Positions 39,415-54,295 of a DNA stretch of 64,000 bases are shown in pieces (the first letter of the stretch is position 1; every line of letters starts with the position of its first letter). The notes under the pieces were generated by a model that did no database searches, was not told the DNA's origin, and saw only the letters and a program-made list of their open reading frames with translations. A program made the position numbers and the translations under genes. Source of the DNA: Octopus vulgaris (Eukaryota); assembly GCA_951406725.2 (NCBI GenBank), contig OX597814.1:96534001-96598000 (forward strand), written 5' to 3'.

Positions 39415-40529
39415 AAGCACCATCATGCTATTCCCTCTGCCAGAAATTTGGAAACAACATACTATACTGCTTGGTCTTCGCGCCGGAAGCTCCAATACGA
39501 ACATTTCAAGGTGTGTGGGTGTCAATCTGTGGACAGTGCAGAGGATTTGGAAAAGGTTGGCTGAGCCTAATAGTGATTACCAAGGTACGGCAACTCGCAA
39601 AGCTCACTCTTATCGTTCTGATAAGAAATGTACTCCTAAATTTGTCGGTGAGATCCAGACCATCAGGTACGTCGTCAGGAACATGGGAGTGTCTGAATTT
39701 TTTTTATCAGGCAGATAGTGCATGAAGTCATTCGGTATTCCTCATACAAGATGAGAAAGGGTCAATTTTTTATCGTAAGCCATCAAGGACAAGAAGAAGG
39801 ACCGCGCTACGAAGCTTTTGAACAAATTCTAACATCCCCTCCAGTCGAACATGCTTTCTCAGACGAGAAAAATCTCGGCCACGATCAGATGGTGAACACG
39901 CAGAACAACCGTTGGGCTTGCCGTGTCCCCCCACACCCAAAAAGTACCGAGAGTGATGAAATCAAACATCCAGTCAATATCATGATATTTAGAGTGTTCA
40001 TTAGTTATGCCTCCATTCATCTTCCCACATGGCTTCAAACTCAACACGGATGTCTACATCAAGTGCCTAGAAGAGGCTCTTCTTAGTCAAGAGGGTGGCT
40101 GCTAGAAGACCCTATGTCTGGCGACTGGACTCACCATACCACACGAGCAGGAAAACCTAGTCATGTGTGTGTGACAATTTCGGCGACCACATCACCCCTA
40201 ACATCTGGCCACCTAACTTTCCAGACTGAAACCCCCTTGATTATTGTATGGTGCGCAGTTGAAAGAGAGACCAACAAAGATGAACTGAAGGCAAGGATTA
40301 TGGCAGCATTCACCAACTTAAACAAGGAGACCGTCCAGAAAACAGTCCAGAAAACAGTCCAGAAGATTCCGAAGTCATTTGGAGGCCGTGGTTGAAGCTA
40401 ATGGCAATTTTATCGAATAAATTTTCGTTTTAGTATTTCAAGAAATGTTTATGTAATTTTGGTTAAAATGAGATGTCAGTGTTATTTTCAGTTTTAGGTA
40501 ATTTAGACGACAGTTTATTCACCGCATCC

Positions 40530-40530
<1 letters not shown>
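39415..40530 (+). mobile_element. Tc1/mariner (DD37D/maT-like) element, decayed
   Basis: FSDEKN..QMVNTQNNRW, PPNFPD..PLDY, AVERETNKDELKARIMAAF, EAVVEANGNFIE*. Confidence 0.78.
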
Positions 40531-40623
<93 letters not shown>

Positions 40624-40656
40624 TGTGTGTATGTGTGTGCGTGTGTGTGTGTATCT

Positions 40657-40914
40657 TCTCTTGTTACAGTCACTTGACTGTGGCCATACATGAGCACATT
40701 CTTTAGTCGAGCAAATCGACCCTAGCTCTTATTCTTTGTAAGCCTAGTACTTTTTCTATCGATCTCTTTTGCCGAGCCGCTAAGATACGCCTACGTAAAC
40801 ACATCAGCCTCGGTTGTCAAGCGATGGTGGGGGTGACAAACACAGACGCACAAACATATACACACACATACATACGTACATATACATACATACATACATA
40901 CATACATACATACA

Positions 40915-40948
<34 letters not shown>

Positions 40949-41100
40949 CATACATACATACGACGGGCTTCTTTCACAAGTCTTTAGTCGGCCCGAGGCT
41001 ACAGTAGAAGGCACTTGCCCAAGGTGCCACGCAGTGGGATTTAACCAGGAACCATGTGGTTGGTAAGCAAGCTACTAACCACACAGCCACTCCTGCGCCT
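40657..41100 (-). mobile_element. SINE family B
   Basis: Reverse complement of the head (AGGCGCAGGAGTGGCTGTGTGG) and tail. Confidence 0.85.
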
Positions 41101-41510
41101 GTGTTGTTGATATTGTTTTGACCGTCCGCGAAATTTCTTGTGTGTGTATGGCTTCGCTTCGTACGTAGTTTGTATCCATGCCCTTTATACACACACACGC
41201 GCGCGCACAAACACTCATGTACACACAAACACGGACGCTAACGCATGCATACATCTTAGAACAGAAAGGAGTAAGTGGAGCAAGAGCACACACGAAAACG
41301 AAAAGTGTCGCTGAAGAGGTCACAGATGTGTGGCGAAAGATTTCCGAACAATGGCCATTAGTTAAAATAATAAGTAAAATATTATAAGAATAAGAACAGT
41401 AATAAATGTGTGAAGAACAAATATATAGCACATGTGTTTATCTGGTAAAAAAAAATGACCATCCGAAATTGCAACACAAAGTGATAAAACACACACACAC
41501 ACACACATAC

Positions 41511-41577
<67 letters not shown>

Positions 41578-41579
<2 letters not shown>

Positions 41580-41946
41580 AGACCACGAACAGGACGTCAC
41601 TGTGCTGTCCCCATTGTGCCGACTGCTTCATCTCGGGCAAGGACGATGTACTGCAATAGCTTGGGTTTCAAGGGCCCACAGCTGTTTAACTGTCTGCCGA
41701 GGCATCTGAGGAGCCTCCATCGAGTGGATGTAGACGTTTTTAAACGTGAACTGGACCTCTGGGTCGCCGAGGTCCCGGATTAGCCAATATCTAAGCAAGA
41801 AACTCAAAAGAGGGCAGTAGCATCGAACTCCATCCTTCACCAGAAGCCGCTCCAACGAAGGTGGAGAGTGGAAAGATGATCACAATGGCGGTGCTCCAGC
41901 ATGGCCACAGTCATTGGACTGAAACATATAAGAGAATAAGAGAATA
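41578..41946 (+). mobile_element. CR1-like LINE 3' end
   Basis: RTGRHCAVP..YCNSLGFKGPQLFNCLPRHLR..FKRELDLWVAEVPD*; 3' UTR ends GGCGGTGCTCCAGCATGGCCACAGTC..(TAAGAGAA)2. Confidence 0.8.
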
Positions 41947-41948
41947 TA

Positions 41949-43216
41949 CGAGGGGCGTTCAATAAGTAATGCCCCTGACCCACTTCCCATAGTAGTAGAG
42001 CAACGAAACTTGGCACAGTTATTAGTCTTTTTCTACATAGGAACCACCCAGAGTTACGCATTTCTCCCATCGTTTGATGCGGCTCTGGAGACCGTTTTTG
42101 TAGAAGAACCCAGCTTGGTCCTCCAACCTCAACGTGACTTCAGAAATCAAGGCTGCATCATCTGGGAAACGCTTTCCTTTCAAAAACAACTTCATGATTG
42201 GGAAGAGGTGAAAATCAGAGGGTGCAAGGTCAGGAAAGTAGGGGGGATGGGGAGGAGTTCATAGCCATACGCCTGTGCTTCTGATCTGGCGACAACCGAG
42301 TTGTGGACCGGAGCGTTGTCCTGCAGGAGGAGGATGCCTTTGCTGATCTTACCCCGCCTCTTGATTTTGATAACTTCTCTTAATTTCCTCAAAAGTGAAG
42401 CATAATAGGCTCCTGCAATTGTGGTACCCTTTGCCAGGAAATCTGTCATCACTACTCCGTCCTGGTCCCAGAAGACTGTGAGCATGACCTTGCCTTCTTT
42501 GGAGGGGGTGAGTCACGGTGCTTCCACTGCATTGACTGGGCTTTGGTCTCTGGATCATCGTGATGGACCCAGGTTTCATCCTGTGTAATCAGTCTTTTGA
42601 AAAATTTTGACTCATCTTCTTGGCACATCTCCAAATTCACCCTCGGGCACTCGACGCGTTCTTGCTTCTGGAAAGGCGTGAGCAACCTGGGAATCCATCT
42701 GGCAGACACCTTTTGCATATGCAAATGGTCATGAATGATAGTTTCCACAGACCCGGTACTAATCTTGACCTCATGGGCTATTTGGCGAATAATTATGCGT
42801 CGATCTTCCAAAATGGCAGCCTCAACTTGACGGACAGATGCCTCATCAATGGCAGAAGGGGGCGACCAGATCTGGGAGCTGTTTCCACAGAGTTCCGACC
42901 ATGTTTGAATTCACGATGCCCGATTTTACAAGGTCATATGATGGGGCATCATCACCATAAGTTACTTTCATTTCATCAAAAATCTCCCGTGCTGTGCGTC
43001 CTTTCAAATACAAAAACCGGATCACTGCTCGACACTCAACAGGCTCCATTTCACACTTGACTCGGTTCAAACACCTGTAAATCAGAAACCACAATTAATT
43101 CAGAGCTGTAATTTGCCACTTACTCAACAGAGATATAAATAATTGCACATGCAAAATTTCAGCTAGATCAAACAACTACAAGTGGGTCAGAGGCATTACT
43201 TATTGAACGTCCCTCG
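41949..43216 (-). mobile_element. mariner (DD34D) element, full-length with TIRs, frameshifted
   Basis: TA-flanked ~37-bp TIRs CGAGGGGCGTTCAATAAGTAATGCC; MEPVECRAVIRFL, WIPRLL, TQDETW, LQDNAPVH, PDLAPSDF. Confidence 0.95.
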
Positions 43217-43234
43217 TATATTGCTATATTGGTT

Positions 43235-43410
43235 TAAAATTTCGACACAAGGCCAGCAGTTTTATATCGACACCAGTACTCAACTGGTACTTATTTTATC
43301 GACCTCAAATGGATAAAAGTCAAAGTCGACCTCGGCGGAATTTGAACACAGAATGTGAAAGCGAACGAAATGCTACTAAGCATTTTGCCCGACATGCTAA
43401 CGATTCTGCT
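43235..43410 (-). mobile_element. SINE family A
   Basis: Shared family motifs. Confidence 0.75.
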
Positions 43411-43433
43411 GGCAGAACGCGTCTTCACACACG

Positions 43434-43497
<64 letters not shown>

Positions 43498-43890
43498 TGT
43501 ATATAGCGCATAAATAGAGTCTAAAAGATTGCTTTAAAATACATGGCGTATTTTACATAAATGCCTGTTCAATTATCATAACGGCATGAAACTATTAGTA
43601 GCTCTTTTGGTTGTGTATTTAATTTTGTGTGTGTGTGTGTCTGTGTATGTGTGTGTGTGTATGTATTGATACATTACTGTTATTATTAGTCTTCAAAAGT
43701 TACTTTAATGCTGCGAGTTTCGTGCATGGCACTTAACAAACTCTTTGTACTTGAGTTACTTTTGTAACTTTCTGTCGTCTGAAAAATATACACATAAAAT
43801 ATATATCACCATATAATGAGTTTATAAGTATGTATATGTATATGTATGTGTGTGTGTGTGTGTGTGAACATATAAGTATGTGTGTATACA

Positions 43891-43940
<50 letters not shown>

Positions 43941-44660
43941 CATACATACATACATACGTATATACATACATGCATATACATAGATATACTTTTGTATTTT
44001 ACTTGCTTCAGTCATTAGTCTGCAGTAATACCGGGACGCACATAACTATGTGTATACATACATGCATACATACATACATACATGCATGCATACATACATA
44101 CATACATACATACATACATACATACATACATACGTAGTACATATATAGTACATACATGCATGCATATATACATATATACGTACATACATATGTATATGAA
44201 TAAATGTATGCTTATATATATATATATATTCACACATAAAAACTTAACACGTACATACACACGCGCACTCATTCACTCATGCACACACACACACGCGCGT
44301 ATAATCTGAGAGGGAACATATATATATAAACAAAATTCAGTAGGAAGGAAATGTTATGTCCTTGTCTATATAAACAATGACATTGAACGTTCAGACGTCT
44401 GTTTTGAGCTATCATGTCTAGTCTAGCCTTGTCACATCTTGTCTCGTCTAATTTAGTCTACCTATCTGTCTATCCGTCTATCTGCTGCAAACTCATTCTC
44501 TAGCACTTTGTCTCTTTCTCGTTGTATGTGTGTGTTTGTGTGTGTGTGTGTGTATGTGTGTGTGTGTATGCGTGTATATGCATGCAAGTATGCATGACTA
44601 GATATATATGTTCATTCATACACACATACATACACATTCGAACGTATTCAGACATGTACG

Positions 44661-44707
<47 letters not shown>

Positions 44708-44777
44708 TGCATATATACGTACACATATGCATATATATGTGTGTGTGTATATATATATATATAATATCTATTATGTG

Positions 44778-44809
<32 letters not shown>

Positions 44810-44825
44810 CGTATCTATCTATGTG

Positions 44826-44884
<59 letters not shown>

Positions 44885-45491
44885 GAATAAGAAATTAAAA
44901 AATCCTTGGTACAATATTATACATTTAAAATAAATTAATAGAAATGGATTTTCTGATAATATCTCCACTTTAATGCAAACATTTAATTATTTAGATTCAA
45001 ACAGTTAATTATTAAAGTGAAAGAATTATCGGAAAAGCCAAATTTATTCATTTTTATATATATATTATATATATTAGAAGACGAAGAAAACTTTTTAAAA
45101 ACTCGATTTTAGCCCCATTGCTACGCATATATAAACTGCACCTTTATAGCAACATTTATAATGCAAAACTTTTATATGTAGTTTTATTGTATATCATTTG
45201 ATAAAATATATATAACGTTTTCTAAATTATCACTGAAATCGTTATACTAACATTGTAGCTTAACCCCTGGTCTGGCCTTGTCTATCGGGTTTAGCACGTC
45301 CCTTCTGTGAGCATCCTCTTCTAAAGGACGTATAGAAATAATTTTCGTTTATTTAAAGATGCGTCGATGTGATTTATTGAATATTCGGTTGTAGTTACCA
45401 GGTGGAAGAAGGGAGTAAATGTTTCTTTGTTCATTCATTAAGTCTCTCTATGTAGTCTCCATTCTGGCTCATACATAAAATCATACATGCA

Positions 45492-46240
<749 letters not shown>

Positions 46241-46447
46241 TAAAAAAAAACACATACATATGTATGTGTGTGTGTGCGCGCGCGTGTGTGCGCATATACA
46301 TACACATAAATATATATATATATATACACATTTAGGTTCAGATTCATATGTACAGATACATATGTACATACATGTACATACATTCATACACACACACACA
46401 CACACACACACAGATAGACAGAGAGACAGACAGAGAGACAGACAGAC

Positions 46448-46519
<72 letters not shown>

Positions 46520-46520
46520 G

Positions 46521-46576
<56 letters not shown>

Positions 46577-47075
46577 CATGTACCCGTGTATGTATAATCA
46601 TCTGGAAACATCTATCTACAGGCACGCACGCACAGTGACACACACACATGCTCATTCACACACACACACACACTCACACACACAGTTGATAATTTAGCAT
46701 GATTTATATGATTTGTGCTACATCTAGCATTTTTAACAGTTAAACAGGAAAACTTTAAATCTAACCTTTAACAGGAAAGCTAGCATTTTTTTTTCAAATT
46801 TCTCGAATCACATTTATGTGTTCGTGTGTCTGTGTGTACGTGTATCCGCATGTTCATGTACATGTGTATATATATATGTATATATATATATATGTATATA
46901 TATATATGTGTGTGTGAGGGTATCATGTACACACATATAGAGATATGAATGTAAACCCTATCCACACATGTAGATAGATACATATATAGGATAAATAGAA
47001 GTATTAGAATGAAAACAAAATGACAACACGAGACAAAATAGTTGATATGTTACTTTCAAACTTTAGCGAAAATAT

Positions 47076-47676
47076 TCTTTTCTACTCTAAGCACAAGGCC
47101 CGAAAGTTTTTGGGAGGGGCCTAGTCGATTAGATCGACACCAGTACGCAACTGGTACTTAATTTATCGAGCCTGAAAGGATGAAAGGCAAAGTCGACCTC
47201 CGCGGAATTTGAACTCAAAACATAATGACAGAAGAAATACCGCTAAGCATTTCGCCCGGCGTGCTAACGTTTCTTATTTCTTTATTGTCCACAAGGGGCT
47301 AAACAAGGAGGGGAGAAACAAGGAAAGACAAAGGGATTAAGTCGATTTCATCGACCCCAGTGCATAACTGGTACTTAATTTATCGACCTCGAAAGGATGA
47401 AAGGCGGAATTTGAACTCAGAACGTAACGGCAGACGAAATACCTACTTCTTTACTACCCACAAGGGGCTAAACACAGAGAGGACAAACAAGGACAGACAA
47501 ACTGATTAAGTCGATTATATCGGCCCCAGTGCGTAACTGTTACTTATTTTATCGACCCCGAAAGGATGACAGGCAAAGTCGACCACGGTGGAATTTGAAC
47601 TCAGAAGGTAGCGGCAAACGAAATACTGCTAAGCATTTCGCCCGGCGTGCTAACGTTTCTGCCAGATCGGCCTTCC
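47076..47676 (-). mobile_element. SINE family A tandem concatemer, three units
   Basis: Repeated family motifs with internal junctions. Confidence 0.88.
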
Positions 47677-48155
47677 TTAGCGAAAATATTGATATTGTAA
47701 TGTTTGAGTATCGAGTCTTTCGTTGGAGGAGAGGAATGAAAGGGAGAAAAGAGAAAGAAAAGAGAAGAAAATGAGATGGTTGAAAGAAAGGTTAATTTCA
47801 CAGGTTGAATCAATGCAACGACATTTTGACACCGACGGCCATTTGAATGTGAAAGAATGCAGTTCGTATGTTAGGGATCAGATGAAGTCATAAGACGGGG
47901 GAATATTTTGTGGGTGTGAGTATATTAGTGTGAATGTATATGTGGAAGTTGTTGATGTGTGAGCATGTATTTGTTGTACGTTTTGAAATTTCCTATTCGT
48001 GTTTATTCAATTTTTACACCACATATGTAAGCATCCAATGGTGTACGTGTGTTGTTGTGAACGCGCATGCGTGAGTGTGAGGCTGGGTAACGTGCAACTT
48101 GTATGTGTGGGAAATTTAATTGTATGCGTTGGTTTTTCTTTGTGTGAGTGTGTAT

Positions 48156-48204
<49 letters not shown>

Positions 48205-48437
48205 GACTGTGTGTGATGTTGAATGTGAGTACGCATTTATCGTTTATTTTAGAATTATATGTATGAGTGTTTTTTAAAGTGTATGTAGTGGTACCTTTAT
48301 GTGTGCGCTATTGCGAGTGTAATGTATGTGCATATGTGTATATTTGTATATGTTATGATGATATGTGTTGTTATAGTTTCGTGTGGCAGATGTGTGCGCT
48401 GTGCGATTTTGTAGCAATGCGTGCATGTGTGGAATCC

Positions 48438-48575
48438 TATTTCTTTATTACCCACAAGGGGCTAAACACAGAGAGGACAAACAAGGACAGACATAGGTAT
48501 TAAGTCGATTATATCGACCCCAGTGCGTAACTGGTACTTAATTTATCGACCCCGAAAGGATGAAAGGCAAAGTCG
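48438..48575 (-). mobile_element. SINE family A, 5'-truncated
   Basis: Tail half only; the empty site is preserved in the copy at 53575-53806. Confidence 0.88.
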
Positions 48576-48834
48576 CCGCACATGGAATCTATGTGTGGCT
48601 GTAGAATCCGTTTTTTTTTTTGTGTATGTGGTTGTAAATTCAGTTTGCTTGCGTGTGTATGCGCATATAAATCCTTTGAGGGTGTGGAAGGGGATACGTA
48701 TGTATTTGTTGTGTTGCATTGTGAGCGTGCGTTTGTGTGTGCATGTGTGTGTTTGTGTATGTGTGTTTATGTTAGTATATGTGTGAGGGCATGTGAGCTG
48801 ATTTGGTAAGGATGTTAAAGAAAAGAGGTATTGG

Positions 48835-49300
48835 ACTTGAGTCCATGGAAAATGTTTGAAGAGAAAAATAAATTACTGTTATCTTCGGAGATGAGAGTTT
48901 TGTGATCCAGCAAAAAGGACGAGACTGAAAACAGAGACATGTAGGGCAGAATGGACTGTCAAAGATGAATGGTGTGAAACCGGCGACTCGTTGCCAAACT
49001 CTGTGTCTCTGAGGTGTTCCGTGAATCTGTAGGTCAAACTTCGGAGAGTCTTTCCGATGTACATAGAGTTACAGAGAAAGCATTTGGAGCAGTGAATAAG
49101 GTTTATGGGAATGCTGCTGAAAGAGTTTGTGTCGTGGAAGGATTGAGGATTTGGTTTGGTTCGGGTGTTGGTGAGGAACGAGCAAGCTAGAGAAGCAAAG
49201 ATGAAAGCATAGGCTGAGGTTGAAAGACAGGAGATTAGTCTCGATTAGTAAGATAGAAGGTTGCGGGCACACCTGAAGGTGAGGAGAAGTGGATTAGTAA
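48835..49300 (-). mobile_element. Penelope-like element, GIY-YIG endonuclease fragment
   Basis: YIGKTLRSLTYRFTEHLRD..PVSHH..LIFSLQT. Confidence 0.75.
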
Positions 49301-50469
49301 GTTGTAGTAAGTAGAAAACCAAATAAGAAATTTGGAAATATTTCGTCCAAATTTAAACTTATAACATTTGGTAACTCATAGCTAAAAGTATTGAGAATTT
49401 TGGCATCCAACAAAAGAAGGAAGTCTTGAAATGGTCGCATTTAGACTTTCCAATTGCCGGTTACGTGACGTAAGTTTTCAGCAAATTGTCTATGAATTGA
49501 AGCTGTGAACTTTTAAATATTTTTCCCCATCAGTATCTATTTAAAGTTTGTTTCTGTTTTTACACTTAGATAATGAGCAAAGAAGCTATAAAAGTATATT
49601 AACAAAGATGCCGAAAGGAATGTCTTGCTGTGCCTACATTTAAAATGTTGCTGTATGAAGTTTCTGCTGATTAGTGTAAAGCATAACAAAAACAAAAAAA
49701 GTATGTAAATAAATAAGCGTAAGACATCCGTTCCATTGAAAGCAATTTCTGAAACCATTTTATTATAAAAAAAATGTGATGAAACCTAGAGATTAATAAT
49801 TTATATTTGCTGTCATTCTTCATTTAACACCTATGATCATTTTATGTATTTTGTGCAAAAATAAAATACATAATAGTGAAATTTGTTTCTCAAGTGAAAC
49901 GACATTGGGCTACATATTCGAACTTGTAAAAAAAAAAAAGAAAGAAAGAAAGTATTACAGCGCTTGCGTCACACTTTGATGGAGACGTAATTCTGGTGCA
50001 GGAAGTAAAAAAAATAATACTAATTTTAAAACAGCTTTCTTTTCAAACATGATATAAAAGATACAACTGTTTTTATTAAGGATTTGCATATTTCCGTGTT
50101 AGTAATTTATGCTTACATTGGAATATCATTCTTATATTCATTTGCCAATTAACGTTTCACGACCTTCTTTCTCGGCGATATCATCAACACGAAATACTAG
50201 ACATTGTTAGTCTTATTGTTCGTGCGTTTTACATTACGTGGCAAAGGATCATGGGAATACTGTATAACCTGTACGCTTGCTTATACCGAATTTAAAAATT
50301 ATACAATAACTAATCCCCGACAGATTTCATTTTTTTTTTACTTGAGATTACGTATTGAAATTTTTTCTTACATCGCACACACATGAGCGACACTTTCTCA
50401 TCAATTATTCATGCATTTAAACAAAGAGCCATCGCAACTGATTATGATGCAAAATTAGATAGGGAAAAA

Positions 50470-50850
50470 AGAAGCTTGCTTCCTGACCAAATAGTTCTGG
50501 GATCACTCCCACGGCGTGGCACCTTGAGCAAGTGTCTTATTTATGGCCTCGAGCCGACCAAAGCCTTGTGAGTGGATTTGGTAGACGGAAACTGAAAGAA
50601 ACCTATAGTGTATATGTGTGTGTTTGTGTCTGTGTTTGTCTCCTCCACCACCACTTAATAACCGGTATTGGCGTTTTTACGTCCCCGTAACTTGGCGCTG
50701 CGGTAAAACATGACCGATAGAATAAACACCAGGTTTAACAAAAAGTAAGTACTGGGGGAGTGGTCGAGTCATTCGACTAAAAATTCTTCAAGGTGGCACA
50801 CCAGCTTGGCTGTAGTCTAATGATTGAAACAAGTGAAAGATAAAAGATAA
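50470..50850 (+). mobile_element. SINE family B, diverged
   Basis: Shared head and tail motifs. Confidence 0.8.
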
Positions 50851-51188
50851 GACTGCATTAAATCTTTATAAAGAATTGCACAAAAAGTGAAAATATTAAT
50901 GATGGCAATTTTACAAATAGCAAAATACAAAAGAAAAGTTAACACACAGACACATCGCTCTTAAAATAAATCATGAAAACCTACCAGGAATTAGTTGTTC
51001 TATAATTACTAAATCTAGCGTTGATTTTATTTCAGGAATCAAATATCACAGATAACAAACTTCTGGGAATAGTTATCATGTATTTCAATAACAATTATGA
51101 AAAAGTTGTGTACACATATCTTGATTTTGTACTTTTAGCAAAGTATTATACTAATGGGATTTATGCTTTGAAAAAGAATTAAATATTA

Positions 51189-51753
51189 TTGGGTTGTCCG
51201 GAAAGTTCGTGCCGATTTATAATAGCTTACCTTTCGACTTATTTTAGAACATGGTTGATTCTATAAAATAGGATTTGATTACACCTCCATTTAGAGCACA
51301 TTTTAAGCTATCTTTCGTGGAGGGAGGTTTATGTTCCTATAACCTGTGTTAATTCTGTAACCCTTTAAAATGGAAGATAAGAAAGCTCCTTTTCGGCACT
51401 TGATGCTTTGGGAACCAGACAAAAATTGCTGCAGCTCGGCTGGAATGTATTACCCCACCCTCCATATTCACCAGATACTGCTCCTTCGGATTTCCATTTA
51501 TACAGGTCTCTGCAGGATAGTCCTAATGGTTAAAATTTCAATTCCTTGGATAACGTAAAATGATACCTTGATGAATTCTTTGCCATGAAACCACCTCAAT
51601 TCTGGGAAGAAGGTATTTTCAAGTTAAAGGAAAGATGGAGACGCATTGTGCAATAAAATGGTTCATATTTGGTTGATTAAAAATGTAATAGCAAGCATTT
51701 ATTGACCTTTTTCCTTCCTTTAAAAATCGGCACAAACTTTCCGGACAACCCAA
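51189..51753 (+). mobile_element. Internally deleted mariner (non-autonomous)
   Basis: TA-flanked TIRs TTGGGTTGTCCGGAAAGTT(C/T)GTGCCGATTT; MEDKKAPFRHLML fused to LLQLGWNVLPHPPYSPDTAPSDF. Confidence 0.93.
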
Positions 51754-52631
51754 TAAAAATTTATTGTCTGTTGGAACTGGTAATGCTAAGGATATATTAG
51801 GAATTAACAAATAGGGCTTATCAGAAATTAAATGTGGTTTCATTGTTACTTCTTCTTAGGTGTGTGTATGTGTGAGTGTGTGTGTGTGTGTGTGTGTGCG
51901 CGTTCGTGTGTGTGTGCGTGCGTGTGTGTGTGATTCTTTGCAGTTGATAATGTTCTATGTGTTGACTATCGCTCTAGAAACTTTAAGCAGACAACTTACA
52001 CGTAACTTTTGAAACTTTCAAGCAGTTGGTCAATTAGATGGTTTTCATTTAGACCTGTTGGCATTGAATTTATGTTTGCATGCAAAGGGTATGTGCTATA
52101 GTGATTGTGCTGTGGTTGTAAGTACATGTTTTGTATTATATTTTCACACCCAATTTTAAAGTATGTGCAACTAATTAGTTAAGCCTTTTGCATCAGACAC
52201 AGCAAAATTTTTTTTTATCATTGGATCAAATCTATTACAAATATCTTAGTACTGTTAAAAAACGGAATAGATACTTTTGATCTAGTATTAAAGAATCTAG
52301 GAATCCTAACTCTAATCCATATTGCAAGTTTGAGAAGAAAATAGCAAAAATGATGCTGAAGAAGGATAACAGCTAATGAAAAAAAAATATATTATGAAAA
52401 CAGTTAAAAAAATGTTTTCTCGGGCGTTGCAAACAATGATTATCAGAAAAATCTTCAGATTAAATATTTTTCTGTCTCTCTAAAAAAAAAAAATCCTGAA
52501 ACATGCATGCGATAAAATATTCCAAAATATACATACATACAGAGACATACATACTTACACACAAACAAACATCTACACATCGATCCATACACACACGCAC
52601 ACACACACACACACACAAACACAGGCGCACA

Positions 52632-52665
<34 letters not shown>

Positions 52666-53964
52666 CTCTCTCTCTCTCTCTCTCTCACATACACACACAC
52701 ATGCACATACATATATGGACTGTCCCCAAAAATGTATACATACCTTAACAATAGCTGATAACTCAGTTTTCATTTCTCTTCAAATTTAGCCCATTAAAAA
52801 TAATAAAGGGAGCCAGACTAAGCTTCGAACAAAGGAATTTTTTCCTAAAGTGCTGCTGGGAGGTTGACAACGCAGTCGAAGTGAAAAGACAGTTTAGGCA
52901 GGAATTTCAAACAGATCCGCTGACTTAAATTTTGTTTCATGTGGATGGAACTATTCAGAGTGTGTCCCACCCCATCAAAAATATAAAATAAATAAACGTT
53001 CTGGAACCATGGACGTCGACAATCCCTAAAGCAAAAAATGTGTACTAGAAAACGCATTACGAGAGTTTAAACAAAAATCAGTGCAGCAAGCGAGTTATGA
53101 GACAGGAATTTCAAAATTAATCCATCGCATTTCGAAGCAATGTCATCGGGAAAGTTACATTTCAAGAGTAGATTTTACTCTCAATAAAGATGTTCCGGAC
53201 CGAAGAATAGAGTTTTGCGAGTCGTATTTCAGATGTACAGAAGGTGCGCACTTTCCAACAAAGACTGAATAGAGTGATACGCCAACATTTAAATTAAATG
53301 TCTCAGTTAATCGATACATTTGTACATTGTAGGGGCGGAGAATCTGCATAATACAAGAAGATATGTTAATTTGCTACGATTTACAGTATGGTACGGCATA
53401 TCATCAAAAGGAATAATTTAACCAATTTTTAATGGTATTTTGGCGTGTCCCATTTATTTGAACTCGCTGCGACATCATTCAAGAGGACATTGAAGATGTG
53501 GAGTTTTATTTCCAGCAAGATGGGGCTTCACTACACTACTATAGTTATGTAAAGGCCTACATTGAGTGTGAAACTCCCCTTCCACACCCTCAAAGGATTT
53601 ATATGCGCATACACACGCAAGCAACTTGAATTTACAACCACATATACAAAAAACGGATTCTACAGCCACACATAGATTCCATGTGCGGATTCCACACATG
53701 CACGCATTGCTACAAAATCGCACATCGCACACATCTGCTACACGAAACTATAACAACACATACCAACACATATCATCATAACATATACAAATATACACAT
53801 ATGCACCTGCAAACAGGTGGATTGAGCGAATAGGCTCAGTAGAATACCCACCGCCTTCACCGGATCTCATGTCACTACATGATTAAATGTTTATGATACC
53901 AAACTAGCGACAGTCGAAATGAGAGCTATCAATTAACGAGAAAGCGCACACATACCGAACAAAG

Positions 53965-54243
53965 CACATGGCTAATCGGTTAAAGTGTTGGGCTCACGAT
54001 CATGAGGTGTTGGGTTCGATTCCTGGGCCAGGCTGTGTTCTGAGCTTGAACAAGACACTTTATTTCACGTTACTCCAGTTCACTCAGCTATAGAAATGAG
54101 TTGCGACGTCACTGGTGCCAAACTGTATTGGCCTTTGCCTTTCCCGTGGACAACATCAGTGGCGTGGATTGCTGTTCTTCCATAAACAACTTTGCCCGGG
54201 CTTATGCCTCGGAGGGTAACATTCTAGATGCAATCCCATGGTC
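53965..54243 (+). mobile_element. tRNA-derived SINE, a third family
   Basis: A box TGGCTAATCGG, B box GGTTCGATTCC, then CTTGAACAAGACACTTTATTTCAC..CCAGTTCACTCAGCT. Confidence 0.8.
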
Positions 54244-54295
54244 AGAAAATTACTATTTTTAAATCGCACAACGTGAGATATTCAGCATCAATACT

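Noticed and set aside
49455-49475. CRE/ATF-like motif TTACGTGACGTAA
   Set aside because: Short motif expected by chance, with no linked gene.
51020-51085. Splice-acceptor-like TTTATTTCAG followed by a short open stretch
   Set aside because: No convincing donor, partner exons or recognisable protein.
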